Source: Neophaeotheca triangularis (lineage: Eukaryota). Taken from it: a DNA stretch of 64,000 nucleotides. Shown here one piece after another: positions 1-12,787 of the stretch (within the stretch, counting starts at the first letter, position 1; the number at the start of each line of letters is the position of its first letter). The position numbers and the translations under genes were made by a program. The notes under the pieces were generated by a model, which searched no databases, was not told where the DNA came from, and saw only the letters and a list, made by a program, of their open reading frames with translations. The stretch is from the NCBI GenBank assembly GCA_054600435.1, contig BAAIJX010000082.1:1-64000 (forward strand). Reading direction: 5' to 3'.

Positions 1-841
1 CCCCCCTTGCCCGATCTCGATCGTCAACCAGTCGAGATTGATTGATTGGGATACTTCTCCCAAGCGGTGAAGCAAGCCCCCTCGTGTTGCGCTGGCCTGT
101 GTGCGCTCTGCGACACGCGGCTCTTCATCCACGACCAAACTATCGCCGTTTCCATCAAACGGCGCGTTCCACCGCCGGCGGAAACAGGGAGGCCCGGGTT
201 TTGCGTTCCAGAACAAACGTCTCCTGCCTACTCTTCCCATTCGTCGGGCGTCGACGTTGGTGTCGGTCCGGGCACCGGGCACGGCGCGGGTTTGCTGACG
301 TTGCTTTGGTGCTTTTTTGTTCGCTAGCTACGTTACGTTACGACGGTGATCGAGTGACAACGCTACGGCGCGGAAAGTCTGCCTGTCTGGCTCTGTTGTG
401 TTTTACTGCGGTAGACGAAGCAAGGAGGTTTTGCTCAATACATATTGCCCGCTGCATCCCGTACTCTCTGCCATTTCTTCTTTTCCCTTTTCTTTGTTTC
501 CTAACTATACAATTTTCATACCTGCTCCTCCCCCCAAAACTTCACCAACCGAGCTATCACCGCCTAGCTGCTTGCCGAGTCAAGGTAGCTAGTACCTGCA
601 AGACAACACATCAACGTCTCACACAGTACCTCTCAACATCCCACTCTCGCTCCCACGACTGCCCGAGTCAGACCGCCTTCCAAAAAGCAAACCAACACCG
701 CAACCCACCGCAACCTTTTCTCCCCCAGCATTCCCCCCAACTCGAGCGATATTATTTTTCTATCCACGCCCATCGTCACCAGCCCCCCGCCACACTCCTC
801 TCAACCACCATCAACCTCCAACCGCGAGCCCGACCAAAACA

Positions 842-1072
842 ATGTTCGACACAATGCCGCAACCCCAACAACAAACCTACCTCCCCCGCAACGACTCCTT
901 CTCCAGCCAGGACATCAGCAAAGCCTTCCAAGCCTCGGCGCAAAAACCCCGCAACAATCTCTCCTTGCGGGTAGTCAAGCAAGACGAGACGACAGTGCCG
1001 CCTCCCTCGCCGCTGGAGTCGAGACCGTCGAGCATCTACAGCAGCAGGCCGTATCCCGAGTCGAGACGGTAG
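842..1072 (+). CDS. Candidate small protein (76 aa), Ser/Pro-rich, function unknown
   Basis: ATG in a strong fungal context (CAAAACAATG) after a C/A-rich leader. Codons mostly end in C/G, and a G/T-rich 3'-UTR-like tract follows, as in the confident genes of this window. No recognisable domain. Confidence 0.45.
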   Translation: MFDTMPQPQQQTYLPRNDSFSSQDISKAFQASAQKPRNNLSLRVVKQDETTVPPPSPLESRPSSIYSSRPYPESRR

Positions 1073-1801
1073 ACGTGCATGAGTAGTGAGCGAGGACAGT
1101 GGAAGAGGCTGATGGCTGCTTGAGACGCTTCTTGGAGGGGGGGGGGGGGTGGGTTTGTCTTTTGTACTTTTGATCACGAGCATTGATTTCTATCTGCGAG
1201 AGCGTTTCGGCGATGAGGGGGGTCTTTGCGGATTCTTTTTTGGGCATTGTACGGACTAGCGGGTCGTTGCTGGACGGTCATCATGCTGCTCTGCTGCCGG
1301 TCGGCTCCAATGGGGGTTTGTCATGCTTGTAGCGCTTTTGCAACGGATTGATCGTCGATTCATCGACGTGATAATGATTCTCGGTCTCAAATTTTTCATG
1401 CCTACGCTCAGAACATCCCAGAAAGGTTTAGCTGGTGACCGTTGTTGCGGCAGTGATCGCGAGTGCTGGGTTAGAATTATGATACAATATTCTACATCTG
1501 GTTTACAGTACCACGCTATCGAAGTACCAGAGTACATGGTTTCTGTACCCGGCGTCACGCGAATTGGACGTTCGCTCGCGACAGCGAGCCTGAGACGATT
1601 TCCGCACCTCTGGCGGGATCCAACAAGCCTCTCAGATTCGAATCGTGCCCGGAGCTGCCTCCGACGCCGTTTTGTGGCGTCCAGCTTCCAGGCAATCTTT
1701 TCTCATGGTCCAGGCATAGGTCCGACGATGTTCGCTCGGCCCGAAGATCGGGATAGAATCGTGCTGACAGTTCTACGCCAGTACCACCTGCGCTGCCTGC
1801 A

Positions 1802-4123
1802 TCATGCACCGCCGATCGTCCCTCTCAACCGAATGATCTCTTGCCTAGCGCTTTCAATATCACGCTTTGACATTTCCGGGTCTTGCTGGCCTCTGATCGC
1901 TACTGCATCGCTGAGGCCAAAGCTCTGCAGCGATTTCTGAGGCTGGGGGAAACCTAGTCTACGCTTTGGTGGGGCGCTATCGGAGGCAATGGCGCGATCT
2001 AGCGCCTGGTTGTACTTGGTGTCATGGTCGTCGGCTTGCTTCAGCAAGAAATTGATGTCTTTCCAGTTCTCGTACCGGAGAGATTCCACGGGTATGTTCG
2101 TAGTGGTGCGCGCCGATTCGGGCTTTGGGGTTGTTTGCGGTGGAACAGCTTGTTGAGCTGCGTCTCCTCTCGTCGCTGCAGAGGGCGTGGACGGCTGCTC
2201 CGTGGTGTATTCATCGTACAGCTTCTTCAACTCCGCTTCTGGCATCGATGGCGGCGGAGGTGCAAGCAAGGTCATGGGCAAAGGTTTGTCCTGGAAGTCT
2301 TGAACGAGCATCCCGGAGTCGGTGACCTCGTCGAAAGTCGCAAAGTCGGCGGCAATCTTGTCCAACTCCCCGAGGACAGCCTCCGCAGCTCCTACATCTT
2401 CGACAGCCTCAGCTCCGTGTCCCATGTCTGAATTTTCAAAGTCAGCGTGAGTTGCACCCTGGCTCTCAGCCAGGGTGTACTCGCGACCAAGGTGTGCTTC
2501 GATGCCCCCACGCTCAACGAGCGACATGCAGTGCTTCCACGCCTCATACTCCGACTCGGCGAAGCCTGTGAGGTCGCTCAGTCTGGCTGCCTTGATGATT
2601 ACGTGCATGTCAGTGACGTCTGGGTTTTCATCCGCGTCTATTCTGGCCCGCACCAATTCGCTCCAAGTACTTCGGACGAGCGCCTCGTCGCGTAGCAAGC
2701 CTGCTGCCGTCAAGCAGGAACGCAGCGTCACGAAGTTGGGCTTCAAGCCCAGGGCGGTAATGTCTGCTAGGACAGTCTTGATCACATTCCTGGACTGCCC
2801 GTAGCCGGCAACATTTGTCAGGATTGCATTGAAAGGAGACAAGCCAGGTTTTGTGCCAAATCTTGCAAATACTTCCAAGCATCTTCGCACGAGCTCGAGT
2901 ACGCCGTCAGCCACTTTTCGCACGTCTACCCGTTCCATTTGGCGAATGCTCGGCAGGCGCAAGATACAAGTGATGGCAATGATGATTTCGTTGAGAAAGT
3001 TGTTGGTTAGGCGGCCGTTTACGCCTTTGTAGAGGTAAGAAGCAGAGATGATAGCACGAATAGAGCATATGTGTTCTGTTAAGCTGTTGGGACTGGGCGA
3101 AGTCCTCAGGCGAGTAATGAAAGCTCGGAAGTCTTTGGTTTGTAGTCCTACGCCCCCTGCACGACAGTGCATGGCAAATGCGGTGTATGCTTCGGGCAAG
3201 GGCCGCTCCACGAGAACGTGTTTGATGGTGTTGCCGTCAGGCTCGTCCGGTACCAAGCGCAGGATGGTATCGAGACCCATATAGGCGGCCCTCGCGTCTC
3301 CTCTGAGTGATCGCGCATTGATGATGCCACGCAAGAGCGGCAATGGAAGTCTCAGCTGGTGAGGTGGGACAGTTTGGGTACGGTCAGGGAGGACGGCGTT
3401 CGGCGAGAAGTGATATGCCGTAAAATTGCCAGGATATCGACTCAGAGCTGTCTGATAAGTTTCTTCTATCTCCGGCAAAGACGTACCCTGCATCGCAAGC
3501 AATTCCAGAGCACTACCATAAACTGTTGGACTTATCCACGACTCATCTTGAGCCTCGAGCCATTTCCAAAACGACAGTGCTTTGGTCTGATCCAGTGTCC
3601 GTAGGCACACAAGGATATGGTTGCTCACTACAGGATTCGCCGGTAGCATACCCCGTTTCATGTCTTGTACCAACAATTCCACAAATTCTTCCAGTCTGGT
3701 TCGCGACTCAGAATCCAGCCCTTTCGGGTCAGTGGCAGTCTTGGAAAGTAAGGCTCCCAAGCCCGTTGCTAGACCACTACCGATTATCCGTTTGCTCTGT
3801 ACACTTCTGTAGGCCTGAAAAGCCCCTTCAAGATCCCCTTTACGTACGAGGACGCTAAGTTTCTGGTCTTCCTCCCCGCGGCTAACATGTTCGTTTCTGA
3901 TGCGCTTATAGGAACCTTTAGAGGGAGCATTGGTGGCATACATCCGCTCTGGGCGAATCAAAGTCAATGATTGACGGCGTTCTGCGGTTCGATCGAGTGC
4001 ATGGTCCAGATTCGGCCTGGATGCAAATCGGTGGCCCCGACGACTGTTGACAATGAAGCTTGTAAGCCATTGTCGATGAGTCGAGAGGTCGTGTCGCGCC
4101 CGGCGAACGGAACGGGACAGCAT
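1802..4123 (-). CDS. Pentatricopeptide-repeat (PPR)-like mitochondrial protein, 773 aa, single exon
   Basis: Arg/Ser/Leu-rich N-terminus resembling a mitochondrial presequence (MLSRSVRRARH). Helical repeats with PPR-like junctions: GTKPGLSPFNAIL, GLKPNFVTLRSCLTAAG, ENPDVTDMHVIIKAA, ISPTVYGSALE. Confidence 0.7.
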   Translation of the reverse strand: MLSRSVRRARHDLSTHRQWLTSFIVNSRRGHRFASRPNLDHALDRTAERRQSLTLIRPERMYATNAPSKGSYKRIRNEHVSRGEEDQKLSVLVRKGDLEGAFQAYRSVQSKRIIGSGLATGLGALLSKTATDPKGLDSESRTRLEEFVELLVQDMKRGMLPANPVVSNHILVCLRTLDQTKALSFWKWLEAQDESWISPTVYGSALELLAMQGTSLPEIEETYQTALSRYPGNFTAYHFSPNAVLPDRTQTVPPHQLRLPLPLLRGIINARSLRGDARAAYMGLDTILRLVPDEPDGNTIKHVLVERPLPEAYTAFAMHCRAGGVGLQTKDFRAFITRLRTSPSPNSLTEHICSIRAIISASYLYKGVNGRLTNNFLNEIIIAITCILRLPSIRQMERVDVRKVADGVLELVRRCLEVFARFGTKPGLSPFNAILTNVAGYGQSRNVIKTVLADITALGLKPNFVTLRSCLTAAGLLRDEALVRSTWSELVRARIDADENPDVTDMHVIIKAARLSDLTGFAESEYEAWKHCMSLVERGGIEAHLGREYTLAESQGATHADFENSDMGHGAEAVEDVGAAEAVLGELDKIAADFATFDEVTDSGMLVQDFQDKPLPMTLLAPPPPSMPEAELKKLYDEYTTEQPSTPSAATRGDAAQQAVPPQTTPKPESARTTTNIPVESLRYENWKDINFLLKQADDHDTKYNQALDRAIASDSAPPKRRLGFPQPQKSLQSFGLSDAVAIRGQQDPEMSKRDIESARQEIIRLRGTIGGA

Positions 4124-4378
4124 CGAGATTGAGAGTGATCAGGCGAAGACGGTGACTTGCCTTTGCGGAAGTTGGTGGCACATAAGAACGGCTTTTTGAT
4201 ATTGGGGCTCTGCGGCCGACCTTCGGCTTCATCCGACGCTAGTGATGGGGACACCTTCGAGACACTTGACCTACCTCGATATATTATCTGCATACCTTCA
4301 CTTGTAGAACGTCTTGAGTGCAAAGCATTGATTCGATACGCAACAACCGGTTCAGCACACGGCTTCCCTCTGCCCATC

Positions 4379-5033
4379 ATGGCTCCCAATATGTCGCTCT
4401 TCTCGGTCAATGCCATCCTGATCCTCAGCACCGACGACTCCTCCCGCATTCTCGCCAAATACTACTCACCACCCCATATCCCGCCAAATGCGCAGGGCAA
4501 CAACTATCCTGGCGCACAACCCTATCAATCCCTTAAAGATCAAAAGGCGTTCGAAAAGGGTCTCCTGGAGAAAACTGGCAAGCAAACGAGCGATGTCATA
4601 CTATACGACAACCGGGTGGTGGTTTTCAAGATGGAGAGCGATGTCATGCTCTATGTTGTCGGTGACGCCGGGGAGAATGAGATTATGCTCTACAATGTCG
4701 TTCTTGCGCTGAGGGACTCGCTTAACATTCTGCTCAAGTATGTATACATTCTACTTTCCATTCACACAGCTACTCACACTTAGATGAAGGAACTCCGTGG
4801 ACAAACGCACATTGATCGAGAACTACGACCTGGCATCTTTGGCCATTGACGAGATTGTCGACGATGGGATCATTCTTGAGACGGACCCCGTGGTAGTAGC
4901 GAGCAGAGTCAGCAAGCCACCGGCGCAAGACATGCCTAACATGCAAGGCATCGATCTGAGCGAGGAGGGATTGCTCAAGCTGTACTCGTTCGGAAAGCAG
5001 AAACTCGGCGAAAGGTTGAGGCAGGGTCTGTAA
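4379..5033 (+). CDS. RET3: Coatomer (COPI) subunit zeta; exons 4379-4737, 4790-5033
   Basis: MSLFSVNAILIL...RILAKYY...QKAFEKGLLEKT...ENEIMLY...VDKRTLIENYDL..IDEIVDDGIILETD. Intron 4738-4789 (GTATGT..TACTCAC..AAG) restores the frame. Confidence 0.95.
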
Positions 5034-5238
5034 GGGGTTCATAGAAAAGCGCGTTTGGCGAGACAACGATAGGCGCGACTGAAGGCCGGCGGTACGACCT
5101 TCAATGTTATGGGCATAGCGATGGCGTTTAAGGCGAAAGAGACGAAGGGGTTTGACGGTTGTGAGGGAATACAAATGATGCCCACGGGTATCTAGAGCAG
5201 CAAAACGCCAAAGTACGCAAGGCCAATTGTGACTCCTG

Positions 5239-6266
5239 CTAGTCTTCCATTTCTTCGTCTTCATCTTCGCTTTCGCTGTCCATGTCTTCTTCTTCCACGA
5301 AGGCCTCTACATCGACCAGAGGTTCCTGACCAACATTGTGCAGCCGCGCCCACTCTTCAACCTTACTTCTATTGACCACTACACTTCCCGAAGATGTTTT
5401 CCTGTGTTCGGCCACGCCCATCTCTTTAAGCGCAGCCGCAATATCTTCTTGTAAGATCCAAGTCTTGTCGCTGATCTCCTTGATTGTCACAGTCTTCTTC
5501 AAGCCAAATTGGAGTAAGAACCTCGCAACTTCTCCACACCAGAAGCCGATATATCCTTTCCGCCCGAGTGTACTCAGCGGTCTCTCTGGCCCACCGAATC
5601 TTCCTTCCCTTTTACCCAGCTCATACGAGGCCGCCATAAGGATCTGACCGAGCCCACGTCGTTGCCAAGGAGGAAAGACGAGAATGCATGCGACATTGTT
5701 ATTGTCCCAGCTCATTTTCTCTTTGCTGAAGAAGCCAACGACTTGACCATATGGATTATCGCTCGCCGATTCGCTCTGATCGGATGGCAACTGGACGAGG
5801 AGATAGTAAAGAAAGGTGCTGACATCGAAGAAGACCGACTTGGTGTCGAGAAAGAGTTTAGAGAAGAGGCATAGGTTCTGGGCATAGAGCTTATGGTCCT
5901 CGCCATCGAGCTTGTAGATGGCGTAACCGTTCTTCTCGTATATCACACTACCGGGCGGCGGTTCGTCTTGCTCGGGGCACACTTTCTTACCTGATCAGCA
6001 GTCGCCGTGCTACTGAACATGTGGCTGGTACTTACTCCATGCGCTTGGCCTTCATATACAGAGGTGGTATATCGAAAGCACCAATGGCATATGTAAAGCC
6101 ACTCGGCCTTCCTACCGCCCATAAGATCCTCTGGATAGAAGCTCGGATACCATGGCTTGATGTGTAGATTACCTAGAACCACGTTTTCGACGTTGGGCTT
6201 GGTCTGCGATTGGGATGAGCGATGCGGCGTCCCCGCCGAAGAGGTGATGGCTGGCGTAACCACCAT
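5239..6266 (-). CDS. MYST-family histone acetyltransferase (short, Sas2-like); exons 6266-6036, 5985-5239
   Basis: PWYPSFYP, C2HC finger (YICHWCFRY...HGKVC), PPG..IY, LYAQNLCLFSKLFLDTKSVFFD, VGFFSKEK, NNVACILVFPPWQRRGLG, GGPERPLSTLG. Intron 6035-5986 (GTAAGT..GCTGAT..AAG). Confidence 0.9.
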
Positions 6267-6640
6267 AGTGAGACGCTGGCTGTGATGGGTTGGAGGCAGA
6301 CGTAGCGAGTTTCCTACATTGTCAGACCATGGTAACGCCGTAGAAAATGGCCCAAGAAGAGACGACCTGCGTTTACTGGACGCGAACGGGCAAGCGAAGT
6401 GAAACTCAAACGCGACATCCCAATCTGGCTGCCAAGCATCTGGAGGCCTCAGCCAGCTGCAAGAGAGAACTTCACCTCGCCTCATACTTGCCTTGCCGTG
6501 TTTAGCATAGAAGTGAAGCGCCGTAGGCATCGAGACGTTGGTCAGGTCGTTGAGACGCGGACAATTGCGGCACACTGTCTATTCACCCTTCAATCGAATC
6601 AACGCTGTTGTTTGCGAAAAATGCTGTGAACAGTACCGCA

Positions 6641-9600
6641 ATGGCCGCCAATGGCACCTCACCTACGCACTCACGCGCGCCTGCGCGCAATGGACGACAT
6701 TCAAGCCGCAAGGTATTTACCTGGTGTTGCCGTCTCGTTGGGTAGGTTGCTGCAATGCTGACAGTGTCTAGCTTGGTTCAGCTACGTACATTCAACCGCG
6801 TACTGGAGAGAGGCTTCGCCGTGTCTTCTCCTTGCGAGGCGAAAGCCTGTCAAACGAAGATGAAGCAACGCCACTGCTCGCCCGCACTCGTGCATCGCCT
6901 CAGCGAGACTCCAACAGTGCCACGCGACGCCTGTCAACAAGCGCATTCAATCAGCTATCTAGAGCCTGGAATTTCGCGTCGTCCAAGACGGGCCAGTCCA
7001 TCTTCAAATGCAGCCTCGCATACCTCGTAGGCAGTTTGGTGACTTTCGTTCCGGCTATCGCAGCAATGATCGGCAAACAGGACTCAAAGCATCTTGCTGC
7101 GACAGTGACAGTTTATTTCCACCCAGCCAGATCTATCGGTGGTATGGAGCAGGCCGTGATACTAGCATCCGTCGCTTTCTGCTACGCCGCGTTCATTTCA
7201 TTCACAAGCATGGGACTCTCCATGTTCTTTGGGCAGCGAGATCTGCTTGTGGTGGGTCATGCTATCGTGTTGGTCGTGTTCTGTGGTGGCGGGCTTGGAC
7301 TTATTGGCTGGACTAAACAGATAATGGGCGACCCCTTAGTGAACGTCGCCTGCTCTCTGGCCTCCCTCGCGTGTATCACCATCCTCGTGAAAGAGGGTTC
7401 GATTCAAGCGGCCGCTTTCAACGACGACAAAGTGGTCCAGGTTCTCGTTCTCGTCTGCATGGGTGTCGTTGGGACCTCGCTCGTCAATCTGCTGATTTTG
7501 CCAACGAGCGCGAGAACTGCCTTCTCGGATGAGGTCAAGAAGAGCACCGACGTTCTGAGCGAAGTCCTTGTCGCGATTACAAGGGCATTCTTGTCTGGTG
7601 ATGAGGAAGACTTGGAGCGGCCTGAGTTTAAGAAGCTCAGCACGGAGTACCAAAAATCGTTGACCTCCATGGCGAAGCACCTGAGCGATGCGAAGAGAGA
7701 GCATTACTTGTTAGGTACTGAGAAGAGGTATTGGACCGAGTCAAGACTCGTCGATTGTCTCACCACGATGTACCAAAACCTTGGTGGTCTCAAATCGGCG
7801 GCTCTCACTCAATTCACGCTATTAGGGCAGTCGTCGTATGGCATTGGAAAAGGCGTACACGCACACGAACAAATACAACATTCTGCGGCTGGCTCTCTGG
7901 AAGTGATTCCGGAGGCTCAGGAGCGAGATGAAGAGAACGATTACTTCAACTCACAGCACCGGAACGACAGCCCTATCAGCGCTAGGCCTACGGCTCAACG
8001 AGGGAATGAAGATTCCTCGATGGATCCAGCAGAGATCTTCACTACCTTCATAGTCGCTTTGGGGCCACCAGCGAAAGGCCTTGTTTACACAATAAAGCAG
8101 ATTCTGGATGAACTACCGTTCGGCTGTGACGAGGAATCACCAGCCAAGTCGCCTTTGAACATCATCGCTCAGTTCTTACCGTATCCCCCTGCCCCACGCA
8201 AAGTGGTCGTCGATGCAAACTTCCGCTCCAGCTTGGAACAGGCTATTGCACTATACAGAACCTCGCGGAAGGAAGCATTGAACAAACTCTACCAAAGCAA
8301 AGCCTACGTTACTTCCAAGTCTGTAGAGCGCATTGCAGACGTCGAAGAAGTGGCAGCAAGTTGCGGCCATTATTCCTTCAGCTTATTGGATTGCGCGGAA
8401 AGTGTTTTGTCTTACCTTGACATACTTGAAGAGTTGAAGGGTCTCGCAGAAGAACCTAAGAGATCGTGGCAATGGCTGAAATTCTGGACTTACAGCCCTT
8501 CAAGCAAAGACGACGACTTTCGTCAGGCTCCAACTTATTACGGCGACGACGAAGAAACCGGCACTCTGCGCGACATCCCGATTGCTATCAAACGTGCGGA
8601 TGACCTAGTTGATTCCGGGAAGGATAACCCTTCAAGACCGTGGTCGATTCGCCTCTACAAATCGCTCCGTGTGTTTCGTAGAGACGACGTACGCTTTGCC
8701 ATTAAAGTCGGTGCAGGTGCCGCGATTTACGCTCTTCCGGCCTTCTTACCCTCCACTCGACCATTCTTCTCCCGGTGGCGCGGAGAATGGGGGCTTGTTT
8801 CGTACATGGTGGTGATATCCATGACGGTGGGGGCCTCTAATACCACCGGGATGAATCGATTTTTAGGAACAGGACTAGGCGCCCTCCTCGCCGTGCTTGC
8901 CTGGGTGCTTGCCAGCGACCACCATGGCAACGCAAACCCCTGGCTCCTAGGTTTTTTCGGCTGGCTAGTCTCGCTCGGCTGCTTCTATATCATCATAGCT
9001 CAGTCCAACGGACCTATGGGCCGCTTCATTCTCCTTACCTATAACCTAGGCGCACTCTACGCCTACAGTTTGAGCGTGAGGGACGAAGACAACGACGACG
9101 ACGAAGGCGGCATCGACCCAGCAATTTGGGAAATCGTCTTCCACCGCGTCGCCTCTGTCATCGTCGGCTGCATCTGGGGCATAATCATCACCCGCCTCGT
9201 GTGGCCAATCTCGGCGCGCTCCAAATTCAACAACGGCCTCTGCATCCTCTGGCTCCGTATGAGTCTGGTATGGAAACGTGACCCGCTCGCCATGTTCCTG
9301 CTCGGCGAGCCGCAGAGCTCCTACATGGATATCCGCGAGGAAGCCACCCTCAACGCCTTCCTCACCTACCTCGACACCCTCCGCAAGTCCGCGTGCGCAG
9401 AGTACAAGCTCTCCGGCCCCTTCCCGGATGCCACCATGGGCCGCATCACCGACCGCACGAGCCGCATGCTCGACGCTTTCCACGCTATGAACGTCGTCAT
9501 TACCAAGAACCTCCAGGCCACGGCCGGCGAAGCGGCTATCTTGCGCTATACTCGGGACGACCGCTTCGCCCTCTCTGCTCGTATTAGTCACTTGTTCTCG

Positions 9601-9927
9601 GTGCTGGCGAGTAGCATGAAGCTCGAGTACCCTCTCAACGACGTGCTGCCGAGTATCGAGAATAGCCGCGATAGGTTGTTGGCGAGGGTATCGGAGTTCA
9701 AGCGCTCCGACGCTGGGAAAGATGTGCCAGAGCAAGATTATGAGATGTTGTATCTTTACGGTGAGTACAGTCTTTTGCTGAAAGAAGTCATTCCGATGTT
9801 GATGCTGAGACTGTAAACCTGCATAGCTCTTGTGACTGGACAGCTCGCTTCCGATATCAAAGCCATTAGCGCCGAACTCGAGACGCTCTACGGCACGCTG
9901 AACGAAGACAATCTGAAGTTGGAATAG
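6641..9927 (+). CDS. FUSC/aromatic-acid-exporter (ArAE/DUF2421)-like polytopic membrane protein; exons 6641-6712, 6772-9760, 9827-9927
   Basis: N-terminal TM bundle (FKCSLAYLVGSL, VTVYFHPARSIGGM) and a second FUSC-type bundle (VRFAIKVGAG, WRGEWGLVSY, MTVGASNTTG..RFLGT, R..SVIVGCIWGIII.RLVWP). Two GT-AG introns give an in-frame start and end. Confidence 0.8.
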
Positions 9928-10574
9928 TTGATGGAGCTTTGTACTATATTCGCGCGGCGAAGCGCATGATTGCTCCAATTCAGAATCCTTCACCTGTCTC
10001 GCCGCTTTCAACCACCTCACCGTCAATGTCGTTCTAAAACAGAACTTTCTCTCGCGTCGTCTTATGCATGCACTTCTTCTCTATTGGAGATCCGACTCCA
10101 GCTTTTGTTCCTCACCAAATGGTCGCGACGCTCTAGCTCCAGTGCTCTCACCGGAGGAGTGAATTGTAACAAGCAGCGTGCCTACGAGAGGTCATCACCT
10201 GTGCATACTATAGAAGGCCAATCAGCCATACGAGCGCCGAAAAAGCTACAACCCAGGAAGGTACCAAAAACCTCGCAAATCACGATCCTCTCACGCGAGA
10301 AGCAGAGCCGAGAAATTCACATCCCAACACGCTCAAAACCGCCGTTTCAAGCAGCAAGCAGAAGAATATAGGGTAATTAGGCACAAAATACTAGTACTCG
10401 CCAAAGTTCAAAGAACCGCTCATGTCCAACAGAAACTTTCTTTTGATCAATGCACCACACAATTGGTGCTCCAAGATAGCCCAGAGAGCCATGAACAGCC
10501 CATTTCCCTATAGTTCCTGCTTTTCTACTCTTCTGACACACCTCCTTGTTGAAATAGGGGGGTAGACAGCACGG

Positions 10575-12314
10575 TTAAGCACTGCCCTCAGGCGCCTTGT
10601 CGTCTTCGATCTTGGCGTTCTTCATGTCCTCACTCACGTCCTTACTGGCGTCTTGCTCCTGCTGCTTCTCGGCGCCGCCGTTAGCCTGACCGTTGATCTT
10701 CTGTTTCTCGGCGGCAGGCTTGCTGGAGTTTTCTTGCGACGCCTCGGCTTCGAGCTTGTCGATCTCGGCTTGGGCTTTGGCGATGTTCTGGGGAAAAAAG
10801 GGAGTTAGCTTGCTGGAATACGTAGGGTCCTGGCTAAGGGATCTGCACTCACCTCCTCGGTCTTGCGCTTCTGGTCGTTCTTCCAGAATTCGAGCTTCTC
10901 CTTCAGCTTCTCGACAACAACGGGGATGTCGTTTTGTTGCATTGGAGGGTCTACGCCAATAGCGCCGAGAGTCTCGATGGTGCCCCTGTCGAGGCTGAAC
11001 TTGCCCTCCTTGGCAGGTGCAGCGGGCGGCGCCCCCTCGCCGTTGGCTTGCTTGCGGCCCTTCTTGTTCTTCTTGCCACCGCCGCCGACGAAGTATGAGT
11101 CCTCTTCCTCGGTCTTCTTCGACATCAACTTGGTACCCTTCATGCCGGAGTCGTCGACGGTACGGGTAGGAGCAGCAGCGAACTTGCCAGCAGAAGAGGC
11201 TTCCTGCTTAGGTGCGAACGAAGGGTCAAAGTGAGCAAGAACGGTTTGGGTGGAGCGGATCTCATCCTGGTAAGCGGGTGCGCTGGCTTCCTCGAGGCGA
11301 GACCTGGCTGCCTCCTGCCTCCTGCCTCTGTGGTAAGCGTCGTTCTCCTCCTTGCGCTTCTGGTCGCGTATCCTCTTTGCCTCGCGCTCGTAGTCCATGG
11401 CGGCACGTCGAGCCTGGAAGTACTTGTCCTTGATCTCCTTGACATTCGAGTACTTCTTTTGCTGGTCTTCGTGAGCCTTGGTACGCTCGTCGCGGAGGGC
11501 GTTGAGGTTCTTGAAAGCGCCGTCTTGCTCGGCCCTGATTTCATCGAGCTCCTTGGTGATGGCAGTGTAGCGTTCGGAGAGAGCCTTTGTTTCGGGATCG
11601 TCCATGGACTTGCGCATCTCGGCGATTTGTGCCTTTACGTCGTCGATACCCTTTTGCGCCTGATCGAAGCCGGCGAACCCCTTCTTTTGCTTGTTGAGCA
11701 TGGTAATGTCCGAAAGAGCCTTCTTCTCATCGACGAGCTTCATCATGCCGGAGTCAACTTGCTTTTGCAGGCGGTCAATTTCGGATTGGACTTCATCGGC
11801 AGACTTGAATTGAGTCTTGCTGCGGGCGGTCTTCTGTTCGGCAATGCGTGACTTGAGGTTCTCGTCCAAGCGCTTTATCTTGTCGAGGACTTGTCCCCTC
11901 GACGACTTGCTCGATTGTTGCTGGGTACGAATTTGCTGAAGTTCGGCGCGGAGTTCCTGCTGGCGCTTGCCTGAAGGGGAGTCCTTGTTGTTAGGGCGAG
12001 AGTTGTCGAGCTTGGCCTTGATCGCAGACTAGGAACAAGACGGTTAGTGACCAGTCTCGACAGTCCATGGATATTGTACTGATCGGCATTTTCCTGTTTG
12101 TAGTGCTGCAAGTGACCGTTGGACAAGTACCTACCATGCGTTCTTGGGAAGCCTTCAGTTCCTTTTCGGCCTGAGCAAGATCCTTCTTGTACTGGTCCTC
12201 GTCTGGACGCTCCGGTTTGCTCACTGGCGCAGACTTGCCCGTGTCCTTGGGAGCTTGTGCGCCAGCTTTCGAGGTGCTCATTTCCATGGCGGATGGGGTT
12301 CCGACTTCAGCCAT
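10575..12314 (-). CDS. BFR1: Nuclear segregation / mRNP protein Bfr1; exons 12314-12135, 12028-10853, 10787-10575
   Basis: KPERPDEDQYKKDL, FKSADEVQSEIDRLQKQVDSGMMKLVDEKKAL, YFVGGGGKKNKKG, KLKEKLEFWK. Canonical introns keep the frame. Confidence 0.88.
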
Positions 12315-12787
12315 GGCGGAGTCGCTTTCCTCGTGATATATCCTACGAGAATGTAGTGGAGAATCGTATATCAATCTATGGTGGTGGTCTTGTTATTGTG
12401 GGGGTGATGGTGGTTGTGATTTGCAAGTTGAAAGTTGAAAGTTGCAAGGTAGGTTTAGGTAGGCAGGCAAGGTAGAGGCCAATGGAGAATAAGGTAATGT
12501 GGTCAGAAGGTCGGCTAGGTAAGGTAGGTAGGTGGACCGAAGAATTTATGAGAGTACCTACTAGCCCCAAGCCAATGGAAGCAACCGCTGTCGGCCGAGC
12601 CGTCTGCAGGGACCAGCCGAGAATGATGGAAGCACATGGCTACATAAAGGCAAGGTGTGTAGACTCGACTGTCACGTGCTACCGTTCAACTTCACTCAGA
12701 CTACATTCGTACCAACAGCTAGGTATCTCTGTCCTTCCCCTCCTCTTCACTTTCTTTGTCACGAAAGCGTAGACAAGCAGCTCCTCC

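Noticed and set aside
42..974. 310-aa ORF at the window start
   Set aside because: Non-ATG start, low-complexity translation through promoter-like sequence, no domain.
9046..10026. Long antisense ORFs over conserved genes (here, and over SAM2, FPR4, MSH2, CRC1)
   Set aside because: Expected from high GC3 codon bias, which suppresses antisense stop codons.
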